A stretch of 50,918 nucleotides of DNA from an uncultured Verrucomicrobiales bacterium (GTDB lineage: Bacteria > Verrucomicrobiota > Verrucomicrobiia > Limisphaerales > UBA1100), in assembly GCA_913042895.1 (NCBI GenBank), contig CAJWMQ010000003.1, positions 1 through 50,918 of the forward strand. Direction: 5' to 3'. Below, one piece after another: positions 1 to 9,286 of this stretch. The first letter of the stretch is position 1. Each line of letters starts with the position of its first letter. The notes beneath the pieces are model-generated. The model made no database searches. It was not told the DNA's origin and saw nothing but the letters and a program-made list of their open reading frames with translations. A program made the translations under genes and the position numbers.

Positions 1-26
1 AAACGCCGCAGGTTGGCCGCGCTTTC

Positions 27-1070
27 ATGACGGCGTTTTCACTGTTTCGGCGGGGTATGGTCGCAGGAATTTTCCTGTGTGCGATTTTCTGGACTGCTGC
101 TGCTGCGCCATTTCCTGAGAAACCGATTACGGTGATCGTGCCCTTTGCAGCCGGCGGCGGTAGCGACACGTTCGTCCGCATTTTTCTCAAGGCGATACGC
201 GAGCACGACCTTGCGCCGCAGCCGTTTGTGGTGAAAAACATTGGCGGGGCCGGAGGCACGATCGGCAGTCGGGCGGCATTGGAGTCAAAGCCGGATGGCT
301 ACACGATTCTTTGCCTACACGATGGGATGTACACGGCTCAACATTACGGCAACGCCGATTGGGGGCCGGCGGATTTCACGCCGATCGCGGCCACGGGCAG
401 AAGTGGGGTCGTGGTGGCGGTAGCTGATAACTCGCCTTACAAGGATTTGGCCGAGTTGATGGCGGACGCAGTGGCTCGGCCATACCAATTGGTTTACGGC
501 ACCAACCTGGGGGCGCCGAATCATTACTCAGCGTTGTTTCTGCAAAACGGCAAGCCGGGGGCCAAATTCCGATTTACACAAACGGGCGGCGGGGCCAAGC
601 GGCTGGCTCAGCTCAAAGGTGGCCACGTGGACGTAACCGGGTTTTCGGTGGCGGAGTACGAGCCCTTCAAGGAGGCGGGTATCCGAGCGTTGGCGGTGTT
701 GAGCGAGGAACGGGAAGCGGCTTTGCCGGACCTGCCGACGGCTCGCGAGCAGGAGGTGGATGCGATCCACGGGCTGATGCAGTTTTGGTGGGCGCCGAAA
801 GGGACGCCGCCGGATCGAGTGGCGTATTTGGAAAAGCTTTTACGGCAGGTGATGGAGACGTCAACAGTGCAGGCGCGTTTGGCTCAACTGCACGTGGAAC
901 CGGAATTTCATGTGGGAGTCGATTTACAGGCCGTGATTCAGGAGCGCAGTCGGGATTTGGAGGGTCTTCAATTGGAGAAACCGGCGGCCTTGCCGCCCGT
1001 GCATTGGCTGGTGCTGGGCTTTGTGGGGCTGTGCTCGGTATGGGTTTGGCGGGAGGACAAGCCGGTATGA
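27..1070 (+). CDS. tctC: Tripartite tricarboxylate transporter substrate-binding protein (TctC/Bug family) with extra C-terminal hydrophobic helix
   Basis: Signal peptide, then FPEKPITVIVPFAAGGGSD, NIGGAGGTIG, PDGYT and LPDLPTARE motifs typical of Bug/TctC; C-terminal VHWLVLGFVGLCSVWVW segment. Confidence 0.9.
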   Translation: MTAFSLFRRGMVAGIFLCAIFWTAAAAPFPEKPITVIVPFAAGGGSDTFVRIFLKAIREHDLAPQPFVVKNIGGAGGTIGSRAALESKPDGYTILCLHDGMYTAQHYGNADWGPADFTPIAATGRSGVVVAVADNSPYKDLAELMADAVARPYQLVYGTNLGAPNHYSALFLQNGKPGAKFRFTQTGGGAKRLAQLKGGHVDVTGFSVAEYEPFKEAGIRALAVLSEEREAALPDLPTAREQEVDAIHGLMQFWWAPKGTPPDRVAYLEKLLRQVMETSTVQARLAQLHVEPEFHVGVDLQAVIQERSRDLEGLQLEKPAALPPVHWLVLGFVGLCSVWVWREDKPV

Positions 1071-2524
1071 TCGAGTTGTTTGCATCTCCTACGTTGTTAG
1101 GGCTGACGTTGCTCGGAGTGTTTCTGGGCATCACGGTTGGGGCCGTGCCGGGGTTGACGGGCACGATGCTGATCGCGCTTGCCTTACCGCTGACGTTCAC
1201 GATGGAGCCGGTGGCGGCGTTGGTGTTGCTGGTGGCCATGTACGTGGGGGCGGTGAGTGGCGGTTTGATCAGCGCCACCTTGTTGCGAATGCCGGGCACG
1301 CCGGCGGCGGTGATGACGACGTTGGATGGTTATCCCATGGCGAGGGCGGGCCGACCGGGCCGGGCGTTGGGACTGGGTATTGGGGCTTCGTTGGTGGGCG
1401 GGTTGGTGTCATGGCTGGCGTTGTGGCAATTGTCCGAGCCGATGGCGGAGTGGTCCACGCGGTTGGGGCCGTTCGAGTATTTTTCGCTGGTGATTCTGGC
1501 GCTGGCGCTGTTGGCGGGCATGGGGGAATCGACGCGGGCGCGAGGTTTGTTAGCGGGTGGACTGGGCGTGCTGGCGGCCATGCCGGGCGTGCATCCAGCC
1601 ACGGGCGAACTGCGCTGGACCTTTGACATGACGGCATTGAATGAAGGCTTTCGGCTGATTCCCGTGCTAATCGGTATGTTCGCCATCGGCAAAATTTTGG
1701 GCGATCTGACGGGCGCCGATGGCAAGGTGGAACAAGCCAAAGGCGAGGACGGCGCGTGGGTGCCGTGGAAAACTTGGAAGACGCAGGCGGTGAACCTTCT
1801 ACGCTCCTCGGGCTTGGGCACGTTGATCGGCGTGTTGCCCGGCGTGGGCGCAAACGTTGGTTCGCTGGCGGCGTACATGACGGCGAAACGGGCCTCGAGG
1901 ACACCGGAACAATTCGGTAAAGGCAGCGAGGAAGGCATTGTGGCTTCCGAGGCGGCGAACAACGCCACGGTGGGCGGGGCGCTGATTCCGCTGATCGCGC
2001 TGGGCGTGCCGGGCAGCGTGATTGGGGCCGTGCTCCTGGGAGCGTTGATCGTGCACGGCCTGCAGCCCGGGCCGTTACTCTTTCGGCAAAACCCCGAGGC
2101 GGTGTACGCAATCATCGGCTCGGTGCTGGTGGCGAACGTGATGATGTCTGCCCTGATGCTCGGCGGCGCCCGCTGGATCGCCCGGCTCTCGGCGGTGCCG
2201 CAACAGGTGATGATGCCTGTGATCACGCTCTGTTGCTTGTGGGGTGCGTACGCCCTGAACGGACAGTTGGTGGACGTGGTGGTGATGCTGGCCTTCGGCG
2301 TGATCGGTTGGCGCATGGAAAAAGCGAAGCTGCCGCTGGCCGCCTTTGTGATCGGCTTCGTGCTGGCGCCGGTGGCCGAGGAAAACCTGTGCGCGGGGTT
2401 GATGGCGAGCGGCGGAAGCTACGCGCCGCTGGTGACGCGGCCTTTGTCCCTGGTGATGCTAATCGGCGCGGCGGTGTTATTGCTTCGCAAGAATAACGTT
2501 TCCGCTCCGGACACATCTTCGTAA
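1067..2524 (+). CDS. tctA: Tripartite tricarboxylate transporter permease TctA
   Basis: GAVPGLTG, LLRMPGTPAAVMTTLDGYPMA, GVLPGVGA, EAANNA and GLQPGPLLF motifs; highly hydrophobic; ATG at 1067 overlaps the tctC stop (ATGA), preferred over the ORF-track start at 785. Confidence 0.92.
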   Translation: MIELFASPTLLGLTLLGVFLGITVGAVPGLTGTMLIALALPLTFTMEPVAALVLLVAMYVGAVSGGLISATLLRMPGTPAAVMTTLDGYPMARAGRPGRALGLGIGASLVGGLVSWLALWQLSEPMAEWSTRLGPFEYFSLVILALALLAGMGESTRARGLLAGGLGVLAAMPGVHPATGELRWTFDMTALNEGFRLIPVLIGMFAIGKILGDLTGADGKVEQAKGEDGAWVPWKTWKTQAVNLLRSSGLGTLIGVLPGVGANVGSLAAYMTAKRASRTPEQFGKGSEEGIVASEAANNATVGGALIPLIALGVPGSVIGAVLLGALIVHGLQPGPLLFRQNPEAVYAIIGSVLVANVMMSALMLGGARWIARLSAVPQQVMMPVITLCCLWGAYALNGQLVDVVVMLAFGVIGWRMEKAKLPLAAFVIGFVLAPVAEENLCAGLMASGGSYAPLVTRPLSLVMLIGAAVLLLRKNNVSAPDTSS

Positions 2525-2536
2525 GGTCGCCCGCTC

Positions 2537-3934
2537 ATGAGCGAACGGCCCAACATTCTCTGGTACTGCACCGATCAGCAACGCTTCGATACCATTGGCG
2601 CGCTGGGTAACCCGCACGTACGCACGCCGGTGATAGATCAACTGGTGCGCGATGGCGTGGCATTTACGCATACCTACTGCCAAAGCCCGATTTGCACGCC
2701 AAGCCGGGCGAGCTTCATGTCCGGCCTGTACCCCAGCCGCGTGCACAATACGCGCAACGGGAACGCCACCTTTCCCAACTGGCCGCCAGTGATCAGTAAG
2801 CTGATGGCCGATGTCGGCTACGAGTGTGGGTTGATCGGGAAATTTCATCTGCAAAGCTCGGGCCGCCGCACGGAGCCGCGGATTGATGACGGGTTCAGCT
2901 TTTGGAAATTTAGCCACGCTCCGCGCGACGACTGGGAGGAAGGCCACGATTACGCCGAATGGGTTCGCGAACAGGGTGGCGATCTGAATGCCTTGCGCGA
3001 AAGCGACGACCGCGTGCCCACCGAACTGCATCAAACCACCTGGGCTTCCGAGCGGTCGATCGAGTTCATTCGCCAACCACACGCCGGCCCGTGGATGTTG
3101 AACGTGAACATTTACGACCCGCATCCGCCCTTCATTCCACCGCGTTCTTATGCCGAGCAGTTTGATCCCGCGGCCATGCCCGGGCCGCACTTTCTCGAAA
3201 GCGACATGGCGGCGCAGGCGAAGCTGGCCGATTGCGATTTTCAGGACGAGGTGCGCACGCCCGAGGAACACGATGCCCATGCGGTTCAGGCGCGGTACTA
3301 TGCGATGATCGCCCAGATCGACGACCAGTTTGCCCGCATTCTGCAAACTCTCGACGAAACCGGCCAGCGTGACAACACGGTGATTGTCTTTACCAGCGAC
3401 CACGGCGAAGCGCTGGGTGACCACGGGTTGATGTACAAAGGCTGTCGGTTTTACGAAGGGCTGGTGCGGATTCCTCTGATCATTTCCTGGCCGGGCCGGT
3501 TTGTGGCTGATCACCAAAGCGATGCGTTGGTGGAACTGCTCGACCTCTCGGCGACCCTGCTGGATATCGCGGGCGTTGAAATGCCGGATTATTTTCAGGG
3601 CGCGAGCCTGCGGTCGATCCTCGAAGGACGCGATTTGTCCGACGCTCATCGCAACTTCGTGCGCAGTGAATACTTCGACGCTCTGGACCCGCATTTCACC
3701 GGAGGCTCGGGCACCTACGCCACCATGCACCGCACACGCACGCACAAGCTGTGCGTGTACCACGGCAAAGGCGTGGGGGAATTGTTCGATCTGGAAAACG
3801 ATCCGTGGGAACACGAAAACCTCTGGGACGATCCCACGCACGCCGACCTCAAGCACCGTTTGCTGGCCGAAAGTTTTGACGCCCATGTGCTACTGACCAC
3901 CGACGTCGGCTCCGAGCGCATCGCCCCTATGTAG
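2537..3934 (+). CDS. S1 sulfatase, choline-sulfatase-like, no signal peptide (cytoplasmic)
   Basis: RPNILWYCTDQQR, CTPSR signature, GKFHL, DPHPPF, TSDHGE; protein begins directly at the catalytic domain. Confidence 0.9.
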   Translation: MSERPNILWYCTDQQRFDTIGALGNPHVRTPVIDQLVRDGVAFTHTYCQSPICTPSRASFMSGLYPSRVHNTRNGNATFPNWPPVISKLMADVGYECGLIGKFHLQSSGRRTEPRIDDGFSFWKFSHAPRDDWEEGHDYAEWVREQGGDLNALRESDDRVPTELHQTTWASERSIEFIRQPHAGPWMLNVNIYDPHPPFIPPRSYAEQFDPAAMPGPHFLESDMAAQAKLADCDFQDEVRTPEEHDAHAVQARYYAMIAQIDDQFARILQTLDETGQRDNTVIVFTSDHGEALGDHGLMYKGCRFYEGLVRIPLIISWPGRFVADHQSDALVELLDLSATLLDIAGVEMPDYFQGASLRSILEGRDLSDAHRNFVRSEYFDALDPHFTGGSGTYATMHRTRTHKLCVYHGKGVGELFDLENDPWEHENLWDDPTHADLKHRLLAESFDAHVLLTTDVGSERIAPM

Positions 3935-4126
3935 CGGGCCAGAAAGGATTTTCCCTAGAGTGTGTAGCCAGTGATCGTGGGCGTAGGGTTTTGACCGTTT
4001 CAGCGGTGCTTCAAAAATGAGCATAAACCGGCTCTCCGCAACGTACTGCTCTCGACCATTCAAATTGCCAGATTCGGCATAAGTGTTGGGGCTTAACCGG
4101 TTCGCTCGTGGCACGATATGAAATGG

Positions 4127-4155
4127 TTGATTCGTTGCGCGTTTGCCCGCAGTCT
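4127..4155 (+). promoter_or_regulatory. Putative sigma70-like promoter of the sulfatase at 4168
   Basis: TTGATT-17nt-CAGTCT, 12 nt before the ATG. Confidence 0.4.
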
Positions 4156-4167
4156 TGGCCTGTTCCC

Positions 4168-5547
4168 ATGAATATTCGTCCTTGTCTTTGGTTGCTTTGG
4201 TTTTTTGGCATTTTTTCGGTTTCGGCAAGTCAGCCGAACATGGTGTTTATCATCGCGGACGACTGCACGTTTCGGGATATCGGGTGTTATGGTGGGCAGG
4301 CGAAGACGCCGCATATCGACCGGTTGGCCACCGAAGGGATGCGGTTCACCCGTTGCTTTCAGGCGGCACCGATGTGTTCGCCCACGCGGCATAATATTTA
4401 CACGGGCCTGTATCCGGTGAAGAGCGGCGCGTGGCCGAATCACACGCGGACCTATCCGCACGTGAAAAGTATTGTGCATCACCTGCAACCGCTGGGCTAT
4501 CGCGTGACGCAGACGGGCAAGACGCACATTAACCCGCGCACAGTGTTTCCATTTGAGAACATGGGCGGCAAGAACCCGGATATGAAATACATCGACCGGC
4601 TCTTTGCCGAGACGGTCAATGGCGGTAAAGATGGCAAACCGTTTTGTCTGTTCGCCTGTTCCAATGAACCGCACACGCCGTGGGACAAAGGCGATGCCTC
4701 GGCTTATCCGCCGGCTAAGGTGAAGCTGCCGCCGTACATCGTGGACACGCCGCGTGTGCGCGAGGATTTCTCAAAGTACCTTGCGGAGATCACCTATTTC
4801 GATTCACAGGTGGGCGAGATTCTAGCGTTGTTAGAGAAACATCAACTAGCGGATAACACGCTGGTGATGGTTGTGAGCGAACAGGGTAGTGCGTTTCCGT
4901 TTGCCAAATGGACCTGCTACGATCACGGATTGCAATCGGCGATGATCGTGCGCTGGCCCGGCAAGGTGAAGGCCGGCAGTGTGACTGACGCGATGGTGGA
5001 ATATGTGGACGTGACCCCGACTTTCGTGGACGTGGCCAGTGGGCAGCCGGTGGCACCGATGGATGGCCGGAGTTTTCTGCCGGTTTTGGAGGGTCGGACG
5101 CAGAAGCATAAGGAACAGGTTTTCGGTATCATGACCACGCGCGGGATTATCAACGGCACGGATGCGTATGCCATCCGGTCGGTGCGGGAGGAGCGCTACA
5201 AGCTGATCGTGAACCTGAATCACGAAAGTAAATTTACCAATGCTTGCACCAAGATGCCCTTGTTTCTCTCGATGGTGGAAAAGGCCAAGGCTGGCGATGC
5301 AACGGCTCGTCGGTTGGTGGACGCCTATCATCACCGTCCGGCGGTGGAGTTGTATGACCTGAAAACCGACCCTCTGGAGATGACCAACCTCGCTGGGCGT
5401 CCCGGTAGTGAAGCGCACATCAAGCGGCTACGCTCCAAGCTGGAGGCGTGGATGAAGGAGCAGGGTGACAAGGGTGTGGAGACCGAATTAAAAGCCCGAG
5501 AGCGCCAGGGTGGCGGTCGGAAAAAGAATAATCCTAAGAAGAAATAG
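4168..5547 (+). CDS. Secreted S1 sulfatase, sulfamidase/heparan N-sulfatase-like
   Basis: Signal peptide MNIRPCLWLLWFFGIFSVSA, PNMVFIIADD, CSPTR, PHTPW, AKWTCYD; start moved from 4108 to the ATG at 4168. Confidence 0.88.
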   Translation: MNIRPCLWLLWFFGIFSVSASQPNMVFIIADDCTFRDIGCYGGQAKTPHIDRLATEGMRFTRCFQAAPMCSPTRHNIYTGLYPVKSGAWPNHTRTYPHVKSIVHHLQPLGYRVTQTGKTHINPRTVFPFENMGGKNPDMKYIDRLFAETVNGGKDGKPFCLFACSNEPHTPWDKGDASAYPPAKVKLPPYIVDTPRVREDFSKYLAEITYFDSQVGEILALLEKHQLADNTLVMVVSEQGSAFPFAKWTCYDHGLQSAMIVRWPGKVKAGSVTDAMVEYVDVTPTFVDVASGQPVAPMDGRSFLPVLEGRTQKHKEQVFGIMTTRGIINGTDAYAIRSVREERYKLIVNLNHESKFTNACTKMPLFLSMVEKAKAGDATARRLVDAYHHRPAVELYDLKTDPLEMTNLAGRPGSEAHIKRLRSKLEAWMKEQGDKGVETELKARERQGGGRKKNNPKKK

Positions 5548-5548
5548 A

Positions 5549-7093
5549 ATGAAACGAATCGTCACAATCCTTGCCTGCTTGTTGGCGCTGCCGTTGGTGG
5601 CGGCGAAGCGGCCGAACATTTTGTTTATCTACACGGACGACCAGTCCACGCGCACGGTTGGCAGCTATGATGAGGCGTTTGATTTTGTGAAGACGCCGAA
5701 CATCGACGCGCTAGCCGCCGCGGGCGTGCGGTTTGAGAAGGCATACATCGGTTCGTGGTGTATGCCTTCGCGCGCGACGATGTTGACCGGTCACCACCAG
5801 CACGGCATTGAGTCCATGCGTATGGAGGGTAAGTATCCGGGTAGCGCATATGATGCAGACAAGTGCCCGTTTTGGCCGTCCGTCTTTCGCAAGCACGGCT
5901 ATGTGACCGCGCAGATCGGCAAGTGGCATACCGGTGTGGATGGCGGTTTCGGGCGCGATTGGGATTACCAGATCATATGGAACCGGCCCAAGTACGTGGA
6001 GAATTCGCCGAATTATTATTACGATCAGCTCACCGAGTTTAACGGCGGCAAACCCCAGATGGTGGAGGGATACACCACCGACAATTACACCGACTGGGCG
6101 ATTGAATTCATCAACGGCAAAGGGCGCGCGGACAAGCAGAAGCCTTGGTATCTCTGGCTCTGCTACGGCGCCGTGCACGGACCATTTACGCCGGCTGACC
6201 GTCACAAGGGCGATTACAAGAACGCCAAGCCGCCCATGCCCAAGGACGTGTATCCGCCGCGCCCGGGCAAGCCGAAGTACGTGCAGAAGATGGAGCATTG
6301 GGAGCCGAAAAACGGCGTGCCGGTAGAGCGCAAGGTGCGTGAGCTGGGGCCGGTAGGCATGAGAGATATTCCCGGTCGGCCGTTGCGTGACTGGATCCAG
6401 CAATACCACGAAGGCGTGCGCGCGATTGACGAGGGTGTGGGCCGAGTGCTGCAGGCGCTGAAGGATTCCGGCCAGGACGAGGACACGTTGATTGTTTTTA
6501 CCTCGGATCAAGGCTTCGCGTGGGGTCAGCATGGGTTCAAGTCCAAGGTGGGCCCTTACCATGCCTCGGTGGCCGCGCCCTTGATCATTCGCGCGCCGGT
6601 CGCCAAGGCAAAGGCGACGGCCGGTCGCGTGGTGTCGGAGCCAGTGAGCGGCGTGGATTTGCCGCCGACCTTTTTTGCGCAGGCCGGCTTGAAGCTGCCG
6701 TGGAACATGCACGGGGAAGATTTGAGCCCGCTGCTGGAGAGCCCCAAGGCCAAACGTCAGTCGCCGGCGATGCTGGTGCACACCGGCAAGTTGTACGGTT
6801 CAGCCACGGAGAAGATTCCGACTGTCGATGATCCGGCGCTGTATCATGGGCCCGGCATACCGTGGTACGTGATGCTCGCCGAGGGTCGCTATAAATATGT
6901 GCGCAACCTAATCGAGGGCGAGGTGGAGGAGCTGTACGATCTCAATAAGGATCCCGAGGAGCTGGACAATCTTGCGCTCAAACCGCGGCACGCCAAGCGA
7001 TTGGCTGGTTTACGCGCGAGGGCGACCGAGGAGCTGCGCCGCACGAAGGCACCGTTTGTTGAAACCATGCCTAAACCATCCACTTTAAAATAA
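5549..7093 (+). CDS. Secreted S1 sulfatase
   Basis: MKRIVTILACLLALPLVAA signal, RPNILFIYTDD, CMPSR, GKWH, TSDQG; ATG 2 nt after the upstream stop. Confidence 0.9.
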   Translation: MKRIVTILACLLALPLVAAKRPNILFIYTDDQSTRTVGSYDEAFDFVKTPNIDALAAAGVRFEKAYIGSWCMPSRATMLTGHHQHGIESMRMEGKYPGSAYDADKCPFWPSVFRKHGYVTAQIGKWHTGVDGGFGRDWDYQIIWNRPKYVENSPNYYYDQLTEFNGGKPQMVEGYTTDNYTDWAIEFINGKGRADKQKPWYLWLCYGAVHGPFTPADRHKGDYKNAKPPMPKDVYPPRPGKPKYVQKMEHWEPKNGVPVERKVRELGPVGMRDIPGRPLRDWIQQYHEGVRAIDEGVGRVLQALKDSGQDEDTLIVFTSDQGFAWGQHGFKSKVGPYHASVAAPLIIRAPVAKAKATAGRVVSEPVSGVDLPPTFFAQAGLKLPWNMHGEDLSPLLESPKAKRQSPAMLVHTGKLYGSATEKIPTVDDPALYHGPGIPWYVMLAEGRYKYVRNLIEGEVEELYDLNKDPEELDNLALKPRHAKRLAGLRARATEELRRTKAPFVETMPKPSTLK

Positions 7094-7097
7094 CCCT

Positions 7098-9278
7098 ATG
7101 AAATTGATTCACGCACTGGCCCTCGCGTTGGGCTTCACGGCGGTCGCTAAGGCGGCGCCGCAACCGAATATCGTGTTCTTCTTTGCCGATGACCAAACCT
7201 CCAGCTCGCTGGGGTGCTATGGGCATCCACTGGCGCAGACCCCGTATCTGGATCGATTGGCCAAACAGGGTACGCGATTTTCCAACGCGCATGTCAGCCA
7301 GGCGATTTGTTGGGTGAGCCGCACGACGATTCTCAGTGGGTTGGTTGGACGATCCTTTGGTACAGCGGCCGAGCCGGACCGTGCCACGCCGGAGTCAGTG
7401 CGGGAACTGTATTCTGATCTCCTCCGTGCCAATGGCTATCGCACCGGCTTCTTCGGTAAATGGCACGCCAAGATGCCTCGCGGATTTCAGCCGGCCGATC
7501 ATTTTGATGTGTATCAACCGGTGGGCCGCAATCCGTTTTACAAACGCCAGCCGGACGGTTCGCTGCGGCATGAGACCGAGGTGATCGTCGATCACGGCAT
7601 AGAGTTCATCAAGAACCAGCCGAAGGGGAAGCCGTTTGCCATAAACATGTGGTTTAATGCCTGCCACGCGGAGGATAGTGATCGGCGGCCGGGCATCGGG
7701 CATTTTCCATGGCCGCGCGCGATGGATGGGATGTACGAAAGTGACGAAATCGCGCCGCCGCGCCTGAATGATCCGGAGATTTTCAACAGTCAGCCTGATT
7801 TCCTGAAGACCTCCATCACGCGCGAGCGTTTCTTCTGGCGCTGGAACACCGATGAAAAATATCGGACCAACATGCGCGCTTATCTGCGGATGGTCAGCGG
7901 CATTGACAACGCGATCGGCCGTTTTCTCAAGGCACTGGAGGAGGCTGGTCTGGCGGAGAATACCATCATTGTGTACTCGGCGGACAACGGATTCTTCATG
8001 GGGAACCGTGGCTTTGCCGGCAAATGGTCGCACTACGAGGATGCCCTGCGGGTGCCGCTGATTATTTGTGATCCGCGCGTGCCCGCCAAGCAACGCGGGC
8101 AAGTCACGGATGCCTCGGCGTTGAACTTGGATTTCCCCGCAACATTTCTGGATTGGGCGGGCGTGAAAATTCCAGAACGCTATCAGGGTCGCAGTCTCAA
8201 GCCCGTGATCGAAGGTGGCAAGCCCGCGGGTTGGCGTTCAGAGACGTTTCACGAACATCACGCTGTACGCGGTCGCATTCCTGCCTTTGAGGGGCTGCGT
8301 AATCAACGCTTTAAATATGTGCGTTATACCGATTTTGGAAACCATGAGTTTTTGCATGATCTTAAGAATGATCCTGATGAACTTAAAAATCTCGCCAAAG
8401 ACCCCAAACACAACGATGTGCTCAAGGCCATGCGCTTGCGTACCGATGCTCGCGTCAAAGAGCTTGGTGGGCCGTTGAATCCGTTGGGGAATTTTGGGAA
8501 ATCGACGGATCCTCATCCAACCGCCTCGGCAGCTGTCACCGTGCGACCTGGAGCGGATGGGTTCGTGAACCTGATTGGTGGGGGGCTGCGCGGTTGGGCT
8601 GGGGACGCGAAATACTGGTCTGTGAAGAAAGGAGTGCTCACCGGCATCACTGATGGCACACTCAAGGCCAACTCCTTCCTCACGTGGAAGGGCTCCACCA
8701 TCCGCAACTTTGACCTACGCGTGCAGGTGCGCGTGACCCCCGGCGGCAACAGCGGTATTCAATACCGCAGTCGCATGCGGCCAGATCTTGGCCTGTATGC
8801 GGCGTCTGGATATCAATGCGATGTCGTCACCAAGAACCCCAATTACAACGGCATGTTGTATGAGGAGAAAGGTCGGCGCATTCTGGCGCACACCGGCGAG
8901 AAAGTGACGGTCGATGAGCAAGGTCGTTCCTGGATTACCGGCAAGATGCCCGTGAAGGAATTTTCCGCCGGCGAATGGCATGAGTATCGCGTACTCGTGC
9001 GCGGCAACCATCACCAGCACTGGATCGATGGGCACCCGACTGCGGATCTGATTGATTTCGACGAGAAAGGCCGCTCGCTTGATGGGGTGTTAGCCGTACA
9101 GGTGCACACCGGACCGGCCATGACCATTGAGTACAAGGAATTCCGGATCAAACATCTGCCCGATGATTTGCCGCTGCTGCAGCTGAAGGATCATCCCATC
9201 CCGGCCGGCTCGCTCGGCGTGCGGCCGCAGGGGCGACTACCCAAGAACTGGGAGCCGCCGGTGTACGGCAAGAAATAG
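7098..9278 (+). CDS. Secreted S1 sulfatase fused to a C-terminal DUF1080 (3-keto-disaccharide hydrolase-like) domain
   Basis: PNIVFFFADD, CWVSR signature, GKWH, SADNG; from about 8550 a DUF1080-type domain (NFDLRVQVR, GNSGIQYRS, GYQCD, GEWHEYRV, GVLAVQVH, EYKEFRIK). Confidence 0.88.
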   Translation: MKLIHALALALGFTAVAKAAPQPNIVFFFADDQTSSSLGCYGHPLAQTPYLDRLAKQGTRFSNAHVSQAICWVSRTTILSGLVGRSFGTAAEPDRATPESVRELYSDLLRANGYRTGFFGKWHAKMPRGFQPADHFDVYQPVGRNPFYKRQPDGSLRHETEVIVDHGIEFIKNQPKGKPFAINMWFNACHAEDSDRRPGIGHFPWPRAMDGMYESDEIAPPRLNDPEIFNSQPDFLKTSITRERFFWRWNTDEKYRTNMRAYLRMVSGIDNAIGRFLKALEEAGLAENTIIVYSADNGFFMGNRGFAGKWSHYEDALRVPLIICDPRVPAKQRGQVTDASALNLDFPATFLDWAGVKIPERYQGRSLKPVIEGGKPAGWRSETFHEHHAVRGRIPAFEGLRNQRFKYVRYTDFGNHEFLHDLKNDPDELKNLAKDPKHNDVLKAMRLRTDARVKELGGPLNPLGNFGKSTDPHPTASAAVTVRPGADGFVNLIGGGLRGWAGDAKYWSVKKGVLTGITDGTLKANSFLTWKGSTIRNFDLRVQVRVTPGGNSGIQYRSRMRPDLGLYAASGYQCDVVTKNPNYNGMLYEEKGRRILAHTGEKVTVDEQGRSWITGKMPVKEFSAGEWHEYRVLVRGNHHQHWIDGHPTADLIDFDEKGRSLDGVLAVQVHTGPAMTIEYKEFRIKHLPDDLPLLQLKDHPIPAGSLGVRPQGRLPKNWEPPVYGKK

Positions 9279-9286
9279 TACCGATC

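Noticed and set aside
785-1066. 94-aa N-terminal extension of TctA in the ORF track
   Set aside because: It overlaps tctC and is low-complexity off-frame sequence; the ATG at 1067 gives a normal TctA with ATGA coupling
2477-3886. 469-aa antisense ORF and similar long antisense ORFs (5711..6781, 33309..34352, 36938..37903, 48655..49698, 50029..50862)
   Set aside because: They mirror well-supported genes on the opposite strand and carry no motifs; such shadow ORFs are expected in GC-rich coding DNA
3979-3997. ggttttgaccg shared with the region upstream of 26824, and a similar caaaaccct near 48547
   Set aside because: Only 11-16 nt with no consistent position or flanking similarity; insufficient to call a repeat family
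4109-4124. TGGCACG resembling a sigma54 -24 box
   Set aside because: The required TTGC -12 element is absent (GAAA at that position)
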